A stretch of DNA of 64,000 bases from the NCBI RefSeq assembly GCF_056712565.1, contig NZ_CM160072.1; one strand, written 5' to 3'. Shown in pieces: positions 1 through 18,584 of this stretch. Below the pieces are notes generated by a model. That model was not told where the DNA came from. It was given only the letters and a program-made list of their open reading frames with translations, and did no database searches. A program made the position numbers and the translations under genes. How positions within the stretch are numbered: position 1 is the stretch's first letter; every line of letters begins with the position of its first letter.

Positions 1-181
1 CACGGTGCTGACTCTGTTTGTCATCGCGGGCGGGGCGACGGCCACCGTCAGCACGAGATTTTCCTGGACGCCCGCCCCCTTTCCCGGTACGCGGGTTGTG
101 GGTACGTTTATCAGAATCATCATCACTGCGGACATACATCACTTTGACCTTGCCGCTTTTACCTTTCATTTCATCGTTCAT
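1..181 (-). CDS. yfiF: tRNA/rRNA methyltransferase YfiF, 5' portion only (gene runs off window start)
   Basis: Reverse-complement translation from ATG at 179-181 gives [21 protein letters not shown]...; position upstream of trxC matches K-12 gene order. The listed 171..374 ORF is a different frame and judged spurious. Confidence 0.6.
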   Translation of the reverse strand, partial: MNDEMKGKSGKVKVMYVRSDDDSDKRTHNPRTGKGGGRPGKSRADGGRRPARDDKQSQHR

Positions 182-387
182 GCTTTTCTCCACCAGCGCT
201 GCGCGAAGCGCGCAGATTACCCGAAGTCCGCGCGGTTCGCCATGATTTCGTTCCAAAGCCTGTGTCTATCATACCCATTGAATAAAACAGATTGTTGTCT
301 GGAACAATGTCCCCGATAATATGTAACATATTAGAAACATACCGGCGTCGTTGCCGATAAGTCTCCTTACTCATCCCGAGGTTAGTT

Positions 388-807
388 ATGAATACCGTTT
401 GTACCCATTGTCAGGCCATCAATCGCATTCCCGACGATCGGATCGAAGATGCGGCAAAATGCGGACGCTGCGGTCACGACTTGTTTGACGGAGAGGTGAT
501 TAATGCGACCGGTGAAACGCTCGACAAATTGCTGAAAGATGATCTACCTGTGGTGATCGACTTCTGGGCACCGTGGTGCGGCCCCTGCCGTAATTTCGCA
601 CCAATTTTTGAAGATGTCGCGCAAGAGCGTAGCGGTAAAGTGCGCTTTGTGAAAGTGAATACCGAAGCTGAACGTGAATTGAGCAGCCGCTTTGGTATTC
701 GCAGTATTCCGACGATCATGATTTTCAAAAATGGTCAGGTTGTCGACATGCTTAATGGCGCAGTGCCGAAAGCGCCGTTCGATAGCTGGCTGAATGAATC
801 TCTTTAA
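388..807 (+). CDS. trxC: thioredoxin 2
   Basis: 139 aa; N-terminal zinc-finger CxxC pairs (CTHC, CGRC) plus WCGPC thioredoxin active site. Confidence 0.95.
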
Positions 808-875
808 TCTTACCGGGGCGCATCTTGTGCCCCGTTTTCTCCTCTGCGACAATGGCGTTTTTTCGACGCTCCCTT

Positions 876-1574
876 ATGACCGAAAACGCTGTTCTCCAGT
901 TACGCGCCGAGCGTATTGCGCGTGCAACACGTCCTTTTCTTGCCCGCGGTAATCGCGTTCGTCGCTGCCAACGCTGTCTTTTGCCAGAGAAATTATGTCT
1001 CTGTTCGACAATTACCCCAGCACAAGCAAAAAGTCGCTTCTGTTTGCTGATGTTCGACACCGAGCCAATGAAGCCCAGTAATACCGGGCGTCTGATTGCT
1101 GATATTTTGCCTGATACCGTTGCGTTTCAATGGTCGCGTACCGAACCCTCGCAAGATTTGCTGGATCTGGTGCAAAACCCGGACTATCAGCCAATGGTGG
1201 TCTTTCCCGCTTCGTATGCTGATGAGCAACGGGAAGTGATCTTCACACCACCTGCCGGTAAGCCTCCGCTATTTATCATGCTCGATGGTACCTGGCCAGA
1301 AGCTCGCAAGATGTTTCGTAAAAGTCCGTATCTGGATAATCTTCCCGTCATTTCCGTCGATCTTTCTCGGCTTTCTGCCTATCGCCTGCGTGAAGCCCAG
1401 GCTGAAGGCCAATATTGTACTGCCGAGGTAGCCATCGCACTGTTAGATATGGCCGGCGATACCAGGGCGGCGACAGGGTTAGGCGAGCATTTTACCCGCT
1501 TTAAAACACGCTATCTGGCAGGAAAAACGCAACATCCGGGAAGCATCACAGCAGAACAGTTAGAAAGCGTTTAA
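876..1574 (+). CDS. tapT: DTW-domain tRNA-uridine aminocarboxypropyltransferase (YfiP/TapT)
   Basis: ORF 825..1574; start placed at internal Met (MTENAVLQ...) to give ~232 aa; DTW-like motif region (LDGTWPEARKM). Confidence 0.8.
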   Translation: MTENAVLQLRAERIARATRPFLARGNRVRRCQRCLLPEKLCLCSTITPAQAKSRFCLLMFDTEPMKPSNTGRLIADILPDTVAFQWSRTEPSQDLLDLVQNPDYQPMVVFPASYADEQREVIFTPPAGKPPLFIMLDGTWPEARKMFRKSPYLDNLPVISVDLSRLSAYRLREAQAEGQYCTAEVAIALLDMAGDTRAATGLGEHFTRFKTRYLAGKTQHPGSITAEQLESV

Positions 1575-1605
1575 AATCATTCGGTCACTTCTGCGGGAGA
1601 CCGGT

Positions 1606-4266
1606 ATGAGTCAGCGAGGACTGGAAGCACTACTGCGACCAAAATCGATTGCGGTAATTGGCGCATCGATGAAACCCAATCGCGCAGGTTACCTGATGAT
1701 GCGTAACCTGCTGGCGGGAGGCTTTAACGGACCGGTACTCCCGGTGACGCCAGCCTGGAAAGCGGTGTTGGGTGTGTTGGCCTGGCCGGATATTGCCCGC
1801 TTGCCCTTTACACCCGACCTTGCGGTTTTATGTACCAATGCCAGCCGTAATCTTGCTCTTCTGGAAGAGCTCGGCGAGAAAGGCTGTAAAACCTGCATTA
1901 TTCTTTCCGCCCCGGCATCGCAACACGAAGATCTCCGCGCCTGCGCCCTGCGCCATAACATGCGCCTGCTAGGACCAAACAGTCTGGGCTTACTGGCTCC
2001 CTGGCAAGGTCTGAATGCCAGCTTTTCACCTGTGCCGATTAAACGCGGCAAGCTGGCGTTTATTTCGCAATCGGCTGCTGTCTCCAACACCATCCTCGAC
2101 TGGGCGCAACAGCGTGAGATGGGCTTTTCCTACTTTATTGCGCTCGGCGACAGCCTGGATATCGACGTTGATGAATTGCTCGACTATTTGGCGCGCGACA
2201 GTAAAACCAGCGCCATCCTGCTCTATCTCGAACAATTAAGTGATGCGCGACGTTTTGTTTCGGCGGCCCGTAGCGCCTCACGTAATAAACCGATTCTGGT
2301 GATTAAAAGCGGACGTAGCCCGGCGGCTCAACGTCTGTTGAACACCACGGCAGGAATGGATCCGGCGTGGGATGCAGCTATTCAGCGTGCCGGTTTGTTG
2401 CGGGTACAGGACACCCACGAACTGTTTTCGGCGGTGGAAACCCTTAGCCATATGCGCCCGCTGCGTGGCGACCGGTTGATGATTATCAGCAACGGTGCTG
2501 CGCCTGCCGCGCTGGCGCTGGATGCCTTATGGTCACGCAATGGCAAGCTGGCAACGCTAAGCGAAGAAACCTGCCAGAAACTGCGCGATGCACTGCCAGG
2601 GCATGTGGCAATCTCTAACCCGCTCGATCTGCGCGATGACGCCAGCAGCGAGCATTATGTCAAAACGCTGGACATTCTGCTCCACAGCCAGGATTTTGAT
2701 GCGCTGATGGTTATTCATTCGCCCAGCGCCGCTGCTCCCGCAACAGAAAGCGCGCAAGTATTAATTGAAGCGGTAAAGCATCATCCCCGCAGCAAATATG
2801 TCTCTTTGCTGACGAACTGGTGCGGCGAGCACTCCTCGCAAGAGGCACGACGTTTATTCAGCGAAGCCGGGCTGCCGACCTACCGTACTCCGGAAGGAAC
2901 CATCACTGCTTTTATGCATATGGTCGAGTACCGGCGTAATCAGAAGCAACTACGCGAAACGCCGGCGTTGCCCAGCAATCTGACTTCCAATACCGCAGAA
3001 GCGCATCTTCTGTTGCAACATGCGATTGCCGAAGGGGCTACGTCGCTCGATACCCATGAAGTTCAGCCCATCCTGCAAGCGTATGGTATGAATACTCTCC
3101 CTACCTGGATTGCCAGTAATAGCACCGAAGCGGTACATATTGCCAAACAGATTGGCTATCCGGTGGCACTGAAATTGCGCTCGCCGGATATTCCACATAA
3201 ATCGGAAGTTCAGGGCGTCATGCTCTACCTACGTACAGCCAATGAAGTCCAGCAAGCGGCAAACGCTATTTTCGATCGCGTAAAAATGGCCTGGCCGCAG
3301 GCGCGGGTCCACGGCCTGTTGGTGCAAAGTATGGCTAACCGTGCTGGCGCTCAGGAGTTGCGGGTTGTGGTTGAGCACGATCCGGTTTTCGGGCCGTTAA
3401 TCATGCTGGGTGAAGGCGGTGTGGAGTGGCGTCCTGAAGATCAAGCCGTCGTCGCACTGCCGCCGCTGAACATGAACCTGGCCCGCTATCTGGTTATTCA
3501 GGGGATCAAAAGTAAAAAGATTCGTGCACGCAGTGCGCTACGCCCATTGGATGTTGCAGGCTTGAGCCAGCTTCTGGTGCAGGTTTCCAACTTGATTGTC
3601 GATTGCCCGGAAATTCAGCGTCTGGATATTCATCCTTTGCTGGCTTCTGGCAGTGAATTTACCGCGCTGGATGTCACGCTGGATATCGCGCCGTTTGAAG
3701 GTGATAACGAGAGCCGGCTGGCTGTGCGCCCTTATCCGCATCAGCTGGAAGAATGGGTAGAATTGAAAAACGGTGAACGCTGCTTGTTCCGCCCGATTTT
3801 GCCAGAAGATGAGCCACAGCTTCAGCAATTCATTTCGCGAGTCACCAAAGAAGATCTTTATTACCGCTACTTTAGCGAGATCAACGAATTTACCCATGAA
3901 GATTTAGCCAACATGACGCAGATCGACTACGATCGGGAAATGGCATTTGTAGCGGTACGACGAATTGATCAAACGGAAGAGATCCTCGGCGTCACACGTG
4001 CGATCTCCGACCCTGATAACATCGATGCCGAATTTGCCGTGCTGGTTCGCTCGGATCTCAAAGGGTTAGGCTTAGGTCGACGCTTAATGGAAAAGTTGAT
4101 TACCTATACGCGAGATCACGGACTACAACGTCTGAATGGTATTACGATGCCAAACAATCGTGGCATGGTGGCGCTGGCCCGCAAGCTCGGGTTTAACGTT
4201 GATATCCAGCTCGAAGAGGGGATCGTTGGGCTTACGCTAAATCTTGCCCAGCGCGAGGAATCATGA
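1606..4266 (+). CDS. patZ: protein lysine acetyltransferase (NDP-forming acyl-CoA synthetase-like + GNAT)
   Basis: 886 aa ORF; CoA-binding N-terminus, C-terminal GNAT-like region; synteny trxC-yfiP-yfiQ-pssA. Confidence 0.9.
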   Translation: MSQRGLEALLRPKSIAVIGASMKPNRAGYLMMRNLLAGGFNGPVLPVTPAWKAVLGVLAWPDIARLPFTPDLAVLCTNASRNLALLEELGEKGCKTCIILSAPASQHEDLRACALRHNMRLLGPNSLGLLAPWQGLNASFSPVPIKRGKLAFISQSAAVSNTILDWAQQREMGFSYFIALGDSLDIDVDELLDYLARDSKTSAILLYLEQLSDARRFVSAARSASRNKPILVIKSGRSPAAQRLLNTTAGMDPAWDAAIQRAGLLRVQDTHELFSAVETLSHMRPLRGDRLMIISNGAAPAALALDALWSRNGKLATLSEETCQKLRDALPGHVAISNPLDLRDDASSEHYVKTLDILLHSQDFDALMVIHSPSAAAPATESAQVLIEAVKHHPRSKYVSLLTNWCGEHSSQEARRLFSEAGLPTYRTPEGTITAFMHMVEYRRNQKQLRETPALPSNLTSNTAEAHLLLQHAIAEGATSLDTHEVQPILQAYGMNTLPTWIASNSTEAVHIAKQIGYPVALKLRSPDIPHKSEVQGVMLYLRTANEVQQAANAIFDRVKMAWPQARVHGLLVQSMANRAGAQELRVVVEHDPVFGPLIMLGEGGVEWRPEDQAVVALPPLNMNLARYLVIQGIKSKKIRARSALRPLDVAGLSQLLVQVSNLIVDCPEIQRLDIHPLLASGSEFTALDVTLDIAPFEGDNESRLAVRPYPHQLEEWVELKNGERCLFRPILPEDEPQLQQFISRVTKEDLYYRYFSEINEFTHEDLANMTQIDYDREMAFVAVRRIDQTEEILGVTRAISDPDNIDAEFAVLVRSDLKGLGLGRRLMEKLITYTRDHGLQRLNGITMPNNRGMVALARKLGFNVDIQLEEGIVGLTLNLAQREES

Positions 4267-4379
4267 GTAAGGTACTGGAAATGTTGACCACTTAATCGGG
4301 ACTGGTGTTATTATTGCCCGCTTATGTCGTCTGCATTGCACAGAGGACCCTTCAATGAACAGAGAAGAAATGCACTGTG

Positions 4380-5735
4380 ATGTTGTCAAAATTTAAGCGT
4401 AATAAACATCAACAACACCTTGCCCAACTACCCAAGATTTCTCAATCAGTTGATGATGTCGATTTCTTTTACGCTCCCGCCGACTTCCGGGAGACGCTGC
4501 TGGAAAAAATAGCCAGCGCGAAGCAGCGCATTTGCATTGTCGCCCTGTATCTCGAACAGGATGACGGTGGCAAAGGCATTCTGAACGCGTTGTATGAGGC
4601 TAAAAGGCAGCGTCCGGAACTGGATGTGCGGGTGCTGGTCGACTGGCATCGTGCACAACGTGGACGCATTGGCGCTGCGGCATCTAACACTAACGCTGAC
4701 TGGTACTGCCGCATGGCGCAGGAAAATCCGGGCGTAGATGTTCCGGTTTATGGCGTTCCAATCAATACCCGTGAAGCCCTTGGTGTTCTGCACTTTAAAG
4801 GCTTTATCATCGACGATAGCGTACTTTATAGCGGTGCCAGCCTGAACGATGTTTACCTGCATCAGCACGATAAATATCGCTACGACCGTTATCATCTGAT
4901 CCGTAACCGTAAGATGTCAGACATTATGTTTGAATGGGTTACACAGAATATTATGAATGGCCGCGGCGTTAATCGTCTGGATGATGTTAATCGGCCAAAA
5001 AGCCCGGAAATCAAGAACGATATTCGTCTGTTCCGCCAGGAGCTGCGTGATGCCGCTTATCATTTCCAGGGCGATGCCGACAACGATCAGCTTTCCGTAA
5101 CGCCGCTAGTGGGGCTGGGGAAATCGAGTCTGTTGAACAAGACCATTTTCCATCTTATGCCTTGTGCCGAGCAGAAACTAACCATCTGTACGCCATACTT
5201 CAACCTGCCAGCAATCCTTGTGCGCAATATTATCCAGTTGCTGCGCGAAGGGAAAAAGGTCGAAATTATTGTTGGTGATAAAACCGCGAATGACTTCTAC
5301 ATTCCGGAAGATGAACCTTTCAAGATAATTGGCGCATTGCCTTATCTCTATGAGATCAATCTGCGTCGTTTCCTGAGCCGTTTGCAGTATTACGTCAATA
5401 CTGACCAGCTAGTGGTTCGGTTATGGAAAGATGACGACAACACCTATCACCTGAAAGGGATGTGGGTTGATGATAAGTGGATGTTGATCACCGGTAATAA
5501 CCTGAACCCACGCGCCTGGCGTCTGGATCTGGAAAACGCCATTTTGATCCACGATCCACAACTGGAGCTTGCGCCGCAGCGAGAGAAAGAACTGGAGCTG
5601 ATCCGCGAGCATACCACCATCGTTAAGCACTATCGCGATCTGCAAAGTATTGCCGATTATCCGGTGAAGGTTCGTAAACTCATCCGCCGTTTGCGCCGTA
5701 TCCGCATCGACCGATTAATTAGCCGCATCCTGTAA
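4380..5735 (+). CDS. pssA: CDP-diacylglycerol--serine O-phosphatidyltransferase
   Basis: 451 aa from MLSKFKRNK...; two PLD-like HxK motifs (LHFKGFIIDD, YHLKGMWVDD). Confidence 0.95.
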   Translation: MLSKFKRNKHQQHLAQLPKISQSVDDVDFFYAPADFRETLLEKIASAKQRICIVALYLEQDDGGKGILNALYEAKRQRPELDVRVLVDWHRAQRGRIGAAASNTNADWYCRMAQENPGVDVPVYGVPINTREALGVLHFKGFIIDDSVLYSGASLNDVYLHQHDKYRYDRYHLIRNRKMSDIMFEWVTQNIMNGRGVNRLDDVNRPKSPEIKNDIRLFRQELRDAAYHFQGDADNDQLSVTPLVGLGKSSLLNKTIFHLMPCAEQKLTICTPYFNLPAILVRNIIQLLREGKKVEIIVGDKTANDFYIPEDEPFKIIGALPYLYEINLRRFLSRLQYYVNTDQLVVRLWKDDDNTYHLKGMWVDDKWMLITGNNLNPRAWRLDLENAILIHDPQLELAPQREKELELIREHTTIVKHYRDLQSIADYPVKVRKLIRRLRRIRIDRLISRIL

Positions 5736-5780
5736 TCACAACCCCGTCCTGTACGGGGTTTGTTTTTTGGAGGCCACGTT

Positions 5781-6104
5781 TTGCGTATTCTTTTTGTCTG
5801 TTCGCTATTGTTACTTTCTGGATGCAGCCATATGGCTAACGATAGCTGGAGCGGGCAGGATAAAGCTCAACACTTTATCGCCTCGGCGATGCTTTCCGCC
5901 GCCGGAAATGAATATTCACAGCATCAGGGGATGAGCCGGGATCGCAGTGCCATGTTTGGATTGATGTTCTCTGTCAGTCTGGGGGCGTCAAAAGAGCTTT
6001 GGGATAGCCGCCCTGAGGGGAGCGGCTGGAGCTGGAAGGATTTTGCCTGGGATATCGCCGGTGCAAGCACCGGCTATACCGTCTGGCAACTGACCCGTCA
6101 CTAA
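5781..6104 (+). CDS. yfiM: small lipoprotein YfiM
   Basis: Probable TTG start after GGAGG; lipobox LLLSGC; ~107 aa. Confidence 0.7.
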   Translation: MRILFVCSLLLLSGCSHMANDSWSGQDKAQHFIASAMLSAAGNEYSQHQGMSRDRSAMFGLMFSVSLGASKELWDSRPEGSGWSWKDFAWDIAGASTGYTVWQLTRH

Positions 6105-7399
6105 AGCCGCATCCCTTTTCCTTTACGGTGCAATGTTAGTGAAACCAGAAACGCCACCACGGCCATCAAGGTCACATACCAGAAGAAGGCTGTTTCCATT
6201 CCTATTGATTTCAGCGACAACGCTACGTACTCCGCCGAACCACCAAATATAGCATTGGCGACCGCATATGACAGACCAACGCCTAATGCGCGAACCTGTG
6301 CCGGGAACATCTCAGCCTTCAGTATTCCACTGATTGAAGTATAAAAACTCACTATCAGCAGGGCGCACATCACCAGACCAAAAGCGGCATAAGGCGAGGA
6401 AACGTTCTGCAATGCTGAGAGAATAGGAACGGTAAAAATGGTTGCCAGAGAACCGAAACATAACATTGAGGTACGGCGACCAATCTTATCCGACAGCGCG
6501 CCAATAAGTGGTTGAATAAGCATGAATACAAACAATGCGGCAGTCATAATGCCACTCGCCACGTTGGCATGCATTCCCGCAGTATTTACCAGATACTTCT
6601 GCATATAAGTGGTGAAGGTATAGAAACAAAGGGAGGCCGCAGCGGTAAAACCGAGAACCATGATGAATGCACGGCGATTGCGCCATAATCCTTTCAGAGA
6701 TCCAGCTTCTTTTAAAGCGCGTGTTTCTTGTTGTGAAGTTTCATCTAACTGACGACGTAACCACAACGCCACAACAGCTAACACAGCCCCTAACGCGAAA
6801 GGAATACGCCATCCCCACTCTCTGAGTACAGCGTCTTCCATGGTGTGTTGTAAAACCACGACAACCAGTAGAGCTAGCAGTTGCCCGCCGATCAACGTCA
6901 CATACTGAAATGATGCGTAAAAACCTTTGCGCCCTTCAACGGCAACTTCACTCATATAGGTGGCGCTGGTGCCATATTCTCCGCCAACGGATAATCCCTG
7001 GAATAAACGAGCAAGAAGCAATAATGCCGGAGCCCAGGTACCGATTGTTTCGTAGCCTGGCAAACAGGCGATAACCAGTGAGCCGAAACACATCATACAC
7101 ACCGATAATAGCATCGATTTTTTGCGACCATGTTTATCGGCTATGCGGCCAAATAGCCAACCGCCTATTGGGCGCATCAGAAATCCCGCAGCAAAAACAC
7201 CTGCTGTTTGCAGTAGTTGAGTCGTCGTGTTCCCGGAAGGGAAGAAGATGTGGGCGAAGTAGAGTGAACAGAACGAGTAGACATAGAAATCGAACCACTC
7301 GATCAGATTACCTGAAGAGGCCCCAACAATTGCCCAAATACGGCGACGAGTATCACTACTTGTCAGTTTGCTGTCTGCCGTTACAGTACTTTCAGCCAT
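6101..7399 (-). CDS. kgtP: alpha-ketoglutarate:H+ symporter (MFS)
   Basis: ORF 6101..7492; start trimmed to [11 protein letters not shown]... (432 aa); multi-TM MFS-type sequence. Confidence 0.9.
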   Translation of the reverse strand: MAESTVTADSKLTSSDTRRRIWAIVGASSGNLIEWFDFYVYSFCSLYFAHIFFPSGNTTTQLLQTAGVFAAGFLMRPIGGWLFGRIADKHGRKKSMLLSVCMMCFGSLVIACLPGYETIGTWAPALLLLARLFQGLSVGGEYGTSATYMSEVAVEGRKGFYASFQYVTLIGGQLLALLVVVVLQHTMEDAVLREWGWRIPFALGAVLAVVALWLRRQLDETSQQETRALKEAGSLKGLWRNRRAFIMVLGFTAAASLCFYTFTTYMQKYLVNTAGMHANVASGIMTAALFVFMLIQPLIGALSDKIGRRTSMLCFGSLATIFTVPILSALQNVSSPYAAFGLVMCALLIVSFYTSISGILKAEMFPAQVRALGVGLSYAVANAIFGGSAEYVALSLKSIGMETAFFWYVTLMAVVAFLVSLTLHRKGKGMRL

Positions 7400-7741
7400 G
7401 CCATTATGTCTCCTGCCGTAATCCGATGCTTTTGTCGGTCGCTTTTGTTTATTTTTTGGTAAGAAAAATGTTATACATTTGTTGCATATCATTATGCAAC
7501 CTTAACCATGAATTTAGTTAGCAGGAAAATGGTTATTAAGGAGCTTAAGGATAGATTTCTGGTAAGGAGGAAGTATGGAAGTGGGCAATTTGGGGAAGAC
7601 GTATTCGCTGTTGAATCTGGCTTATGTGGGAGCGTAGATACTGTTACGGCCAGCAAGTTTTTTCCTGGTCCAGTCTCCCGGATTGCAGGCATGCCAGACA
7701 CAGCGCCGTCAGGCGCTGTTGTTTCATCCCTTCCGCGATTT

Positions 7742-9674
<1,933 letters not shown>

Positions 9675-9778
9675 ATCAGCATACTTGTCCTTAGCCTTCT
9701 GCAGTGACAGCTGGTAGTACAGCGTGCTTCTGGCCAGCCCTGCGGCCTTTAACAGGTCAGACTGGCAGTGTCCGTACC

Positions 9779-10308
9779 TCAGGCTCTGGATGACTTTCGT
9801 TTTTTCTCCAGCTCCTGGCGCTTTTTTTCCAGAAGATGCTCCTGCATGGCTTTCAGATATGCATTTTCTGCGCGAAGATAACGCAGCTCATTCTTCATCT
9901 CTTCCGGCGTCATGTTTGCCTCGTTTTCATGGGTATCATCAGAACGGGTCATGCTTTTCTCCTTCCTGCGCCTGATAAAGGCCTCATTACCAGATTTGCG
10001 GTAGCCTTTTATCCAGTTTTTAACCGTGTTGTGGCTGGGAATGTTAAACCGGGCAGCTACCCGGGGTAGAGACTCAGAATGCCCGAGAGCATAAAGAACC
10101 ACGCAAAGTTTATCTTCAGGAGAATAGCTACGCTTGTGTCTGCAATCCAGTGCCGAGGACCGTGAAGAAGAAAAAGATTAATCCAGTGTGAGAGGCTGGT
10201 GTGAGAAAGTTGAAAGAGTTTTGCCGTAGAAATGATGCCTGCATGACCAGCCAGGTAATGATTTACAGCGGCAAGTTTTATTTCAAATGAATGTTTCATA
10301 AACTGCAC
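9779..10308 (-). pseudogene. IS3-family OrfA (two HTH modules) apparently frameshifted
   Basis: First HTH (MKHSFEIKLAAVNHYLAGHAGIISTAKLFQLSHTSLSHWINLF) in frame of 10057..10308; second part (VVLYALGHSESLPRVAARFNIPSHNTVKNWIKGYRKSG) in frame of 9779..10102. Confidence 0.5.
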
Positions 10309-10386
10309 CTTCAGATGTCAGATTATGTCCAACATTTGGGGTGCAGTTCAGCAGCGTCGCATCCGGCATTTATTCCGCACCAACGC

Positions 10387-10412
10387 AAAAAAGCCCAGTC
10401 TTCCGACTGGGC
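10387..10412 (-). terminator. rrn operon terminator hairpin
   Basis: GCCCAGTC-TTCC-GACTGGGC stem-loop followed (on minus strand) by a T-run, just downstream of 5S. Confidence 0.6.
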
Positions 10413-10427
10413 TCTTCGCTTAATTTG

Positions 10428-10547
10428 ATGCCTGGCAGTTCCCTACTCTCGCATGGGGAGACCCCACACTACCATCGGCGCTACGGCGTTTCACTTCTGA
10501 GTTCGGCATGGGGTCAGGTGGGACCACCGCGCTAAGGCCGCCAGGCA
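10428..10547 (-). rRNA. rrfG: 5S ribosomal RNA
   Basis: Reverse complement matches E. coli 5S (TGCCTGGCGGCC...CTGCCAGGCAT), 120 nt. Confidence 0.95.
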
Positions 10548-10640
10548 AATTCTGTTTCATTAACCCGCTTGTCGCCGGTTAATCTAATCTGTATCAGGCT
10601 GAAAATCTTCTCTCATCCGCCAAAACATCTTCGGCGTTGT

Positions 10641-13544
<2,904 letters not shown>

Positions 13545-13737
13545 TCACAACCCGAAGATGTTTCTTGCGATTCATCATCGTGTTGCGAAAATTTGAGAGA
13601 CTCACGAACAACTCTCGTTGTTCAGTGTTTCAATTTTCAGCTTGATCCAGATTTTTAAAGAGCAAATATCTCAAACATCACCCGAAGATGAGTTTTGAGA
13701 TATTAAGGCAGGTGACTTTCACTCACAAACCAGCAAG

Positions 13738-13813
13738 TGGCGTCCCCTAGGGGATTCGAACCCCTGTTACCGCCGTGAAAGGGCGGTGTCCTGGGCCTCT
13801 AGACGAAGGGGAC
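13738..13813 (-). tRNA. gltW: tRNA-Glu (spacer tRNA)
   Basis: Reverse complement GTCCCCTTCGTCTAGAGGCCCAGGACACCGCCCTTTCACGGCGGTAACAGGGGTTCGAATCCCCTAGGGGACGCCA. Confidence 0.95.
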
Positions 13814-13898
13814 GTATCAGTCTGCTTCGCAAGACGCCTTGCTTTTCACTTTCTATCAGACAATCTGTGTGAGCACTGCAAAGTACGCTTCTTTAAGG

Positions 13899-15440
<1,542 letters not shown>

Positions 15441-15599
15441 AAAAGTTTGATGCTCAAAGAATTAAACTTCGTAATGAATTACGTGTTCACTCTTGAGACT
15501 TGGTATTCATTTTTCGTCTTGCGACGTTAAGAATCCGTATCTTCGAGTGCCCACACAGATTGTCTGATAAATTGTTAAAGAGCAGTGCCGCTTCGCTTT

Positions 15600-15790
15600 T
15601 TCTCAGCGGCGCGGGGTGTGCATGATACGCTTTCCCGCTACAGAGTCAAGCATTTATTTTTGCTTTCTCTGCCGAAGTTCTCAGGAGAACCCCGCTGACC
15701 CGGCGGCGTGTTTGCCGTTGTTCCGTGTCAGTGGTGGCGCATTATAGGGAGTTATTCCGGCCTGACAAGCAAAAAATATAAAAACTTTAT
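15600..15790 (-). promoter_or_regulatory. rrn tandem promoters P1/P2 with upstream AT-rich region
   Basis: Minus-strand TTGTCAGGCCGGAATAACTCCCTATAATGCGCCACC (P1) and TTGACTCTGTAGCGGGAAAGCGTATCATGCACACC (P2). Confidence 0.8.
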
Positions 15791-15881
15791 TGTTCGCTCA
15801 TTTTTCAGGCAAAACATCTTTAATATAGTCTTTTCCGTCTAACTTATAGACAAAAACGAGCCCCGAAGGCTCGTTTTATCA

Positions 15882-18455
15882 TTACTGGACGGCGACGATC
15901 CGGTCTTCATTAACTTCCAGGCGAATAACTTTACCCGGAACCAATTCACCAGACAGTATTTGCTGTGCCAGCGGGTTTTCGATCTGCTGCTGGATAGCAC
16001 GCTTCAGAGGACGTGCACCATAGACCGGATCGTAACCGTTCTCGCTCAGCAGTTTCAGCACCTCGTCAGAAATGTGGATTTCATAACCACGTTCTTCCAG
16101 ACGTTTGTACAGACGTTTCAACTGAATCTGCGCAATCGACGCAATGTGTTGTTCACCCAGCGGATGGAAGACGACGACTTCATCGATACGGTTAATGAAT
16201 TCCGGACGGAAGTTATGGCTTACCACACCGAGCACCAGCTCTTTCATGTGCGCATAATCCAGTTCACCAAAACGTTCCTGAATCAGATCAGAACCGAGGT
16301 TAGAGGTCATAATGACGACCGTATTACGGAAGTCGACCGTTCTCCCCTGCCCGTCAGTCAGACGCCCATCATCCAGTACCTGCAACAGAATGTTGAAGAC
16401 ATCCGGATGCGCTTTTTCCACTTCATCCAGCAGGATGACGGAATACGGACGACGACGCACCGCTTCGGTCAGATAGCCACCTTCTTCATAACCAACATAT
16501 CCCGGAGGCGCACCAACCAGACGAGACACCGAGTGTTTCTCCATAAACTCGGACATATCAATACGGACCATCGCCTCGTCGCTATCAAACATAAAGTTCG
16601 CCAGCGCCTTACAAAGCTCTGTTTTCCCCACACCCGTTGGGCCGAGGAACAGGAATGAACCAATCGGGCGATTTGGATCCGCCAGCCCCGCACGGCTACG
16701 ACGAATAGCGTTAGATACCGCATCAACCGCTTCGTTCTGACCAATAACGCGATGATGCAGTTCTTGCTCCATACGCAGCAGTTTTTCGCGCTCGCTTTCC
16801 ATCATGCGAGAAACCGGAATTCCCGTCCAACGCGCCAGCACTTCAGCAATTTCGGCATCGGTCACTTTATTACGCAACAGACGCATAGTTTTGCCTTCGA
16901 GCTGCGTTGCGGCTTCCAGTTGCTTTTCCAGTTCCGGGATTTTGCCGTATTGCAGTTCAGACATCCGCGCCAGGTCACCCACACGGCGAGCCTGTTCAAT
17001 AGCGATTTTCGCCTGTTCCAGTTCCGCTTTAATGGTCTGCGTACCAGAAAGCGAGGCTTTCTCTGCTTTCCACTCTTCTTCTAACTCGGAGTACTGACGT
17101 TCTTTGTCGCTCAGTTCTTCGTTGAGCATATCCAGGCGTTTTTTACTGGCTTCATCAGACTCTTTCATTAACGCCTGTTGTTCCAGTTTGAGCTGGATGA
17201 TACGACGATCGAGTCGGTCGAGTTCTTCTGGTTTTGAGTCAATCTGCATACGAATGCTGGATGCTGCTTCATCGATCAGGTCGATGGCTTTATCCGGCAG
17301 CTGACGGTCAGCAATGTAGCGATGAGACAACGTCGCCGCTGCAACAATTGCCGGGTCAGTAATTTGCACATGGTGGTGCAGCTCGTAACGTTCTTTCAGG
17401 CCACGCAGAATCGCAATGGTATCTTCAACAGAAGGCTCGGCAACAAACACTTTCTGGAAACGACGTTCCAGCGCAGCATCTTTTTCGATGTACTGGCGAT
17501 ATTCGTCAAGCGTCGTGGCACCTACGCAGTGCAATTCACCACGCGCCAGCGCCGGTTTCAGCATGTTTCCGGCGTCCATTGCGCCATCGGCTTTACCCGC
17601 GCCGACCATGGTATGTAATTCGTCGATAAACAGGATGACGTTGCCTTCCTGTTTGGCAAGATCGTTAAGTACGCCTTTTAAACGTTCTTCAAACTCACCG
17701 CGATATTTCGCCCCAGCCACCAGCGCGCCCATATCCAGCGCCAGTACGCGGCGGCCTTTCAACCCTTCGGGCACTTCGCCGTTGATAATACGCTGCGCCA
17801 GACCTTCAACGATGGCAGTCTTACCGACGCCTGGTTCACCAATCAGTACCGGGTTATTTTTAGTACGACGTTGCAGCACCTGAATGGTACGGCGAATTTC
17901 TTCATCACGACCAATCACCGGATCGAGTTTACCCTGTTCGGCTCGTTCGGTAAGGTCGATGGTATATTTTTTCAAAGCCTGACGTTGGTCTTCAGCACCT
18001 TGATCGTTCACGCTTTCACCTCCACGCATTTGTTCAATCGCTTGAGTAATGTTGGCGGTGGTCGCCCCTGCTGCTTTCAGGATGTCGGCCAGCGTGCCGC
18101 GAGACTCAAGTGCCGCCAGAACGAACAGTTCTGACGAGATAAAGTTATCACCACGTTTTTGCGCCAGCTTGTCGCAAAGATTAAGAACGCGCACCAGATC
18201 CTGTGATGGCTGGACATCACCACCAGTACCTTCAACCTGCGGTAAACGATTTAATGCCTGATTGATATCTGTGCGCAACTGGCCAGCATTTATGCCAGCG
18301 GATGTTAATAAAGGACTAACCGAACCCCCTTCCTGATTCAGCAGGGCGCTCATTAAATGAAGTGGTTCGATGAATTGGTTGTCGTGCCCGAGTGCAAGTG
18401 ATTGGGCATCGGCAAGAGCAAGCTGGAATTTATTAGTAAGACGATCCAGACGCAT
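15882..18455 (-). CDS. clpB: ClpB disaggregase (AAA+ chaperone)
   Basis: ORF 15882..18467; start trimmed to [11 protein letters not shown]...; two Walker A motifs ([16 protein letters not shown]). Confidence 0.95.
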   Translation of the reverse strand: MRLDRLTNKFQLALADAQSLALGHDNQFIEPLHLMSALLNQEGGSVSPLLTSAGINAGQLRTDINQALNRLPQVEGTGGDVQPSQDLVRVLNLCDKLAQKRGDNFISSELFVLAALESRGTLADILKAAGATTANITQAIEQMRGGESVNDQGAEDQRQALKKYTIDLTERAEQGKLDPVIGRDEEIRRTIQVLQRRTKNNPVLIGEPGVGKTAIVEGLAQRIINGEVPEGLKGRRVLALDMGALVAGAKYRGEFEERLKGVLNDLAKQEGNVILFIDELHTMVGAGKADGAMDAGNMLKPALARGELHCVGATTLDEYRQYIEKDAALERRFQKVFVAEPSVEDTIAILRGLKERYELHHHVQITDPAIVAAATLSHRYIADRQLPDKAIDLIDEAASSIRMQIDSKPEELDRLDRRIIQLKLEQQALMKESDEASKKRLDMLNEELSDKERQYSELEEEWKAEKASLSGTQTIKAELEQAKIAIEQARRVGDLARMSELQYGKIPELEKQLEAATQLEGKTMRLLRNKVTDAEIAEVLARWTGIPVSRMMESEREKLLRMEQELHHRVIGQNEAVDAVSNAIRRSRAGLADPNRPIGSFLFLGPTGVGKTELCKALANFMFDSDEAMVRIDMSEFMEKHSVSRLVGAPPGYVGYEEGGYLTEAVRRRPYSVILLDEVEKAHPDVFNILLQVLDDGRLTDGQGRTVDFRNTVVIMTSNLGSDLIQERFGELDYAHMKELVLGVVSHNFRPEFINRIDEVVVFHPLGEQHIASIAQIQLKRLYKRLEERGYEIHISDEVLKLLSENGYDPVYGARPLKRAIQQQIENPLAQQILSGELVPGKVIRLEVNEDRIVAVQ

Positions 18456-18489
18456 AACTCCTCCCATAACGGATCAAAGTTGCTACTGG

Positions 18490-18525
18490 AGATTAAATGA
18501 GGTCATCCCTCAATTATTCAAGGTT
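18490..18525 (-). promoter_or_regulatory. candidate sigma-32 heat-shock promoter of clpB
   Basis: Minus-strand CTTGAA ... CCTCATTTA upstream of clpB. Confidence 0.45.
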
Positions 18526-18584
18526 ATTGACCAGATTAATGTGAAAAGAAAATCACGCGTACCGGATCGTCTTGATTCTTTAGG

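Noticed and set aside
171-374. 67-aa minus-strand ORF upstream of trxC
   Set aside because: The yfiF N-terminus ([11 protein letters not shown]...) is read in a different frame starting at 179-181; this ORF is an overlapping frame artefact plus intergenic sequence.
15960-18261. Plus-strand ORFs of 60-232 aa antisense to clpB
   Set aside because: clpB on the minus strand is unambiguous; the antisense frames are open only by chance in GC-rich coding sequence.
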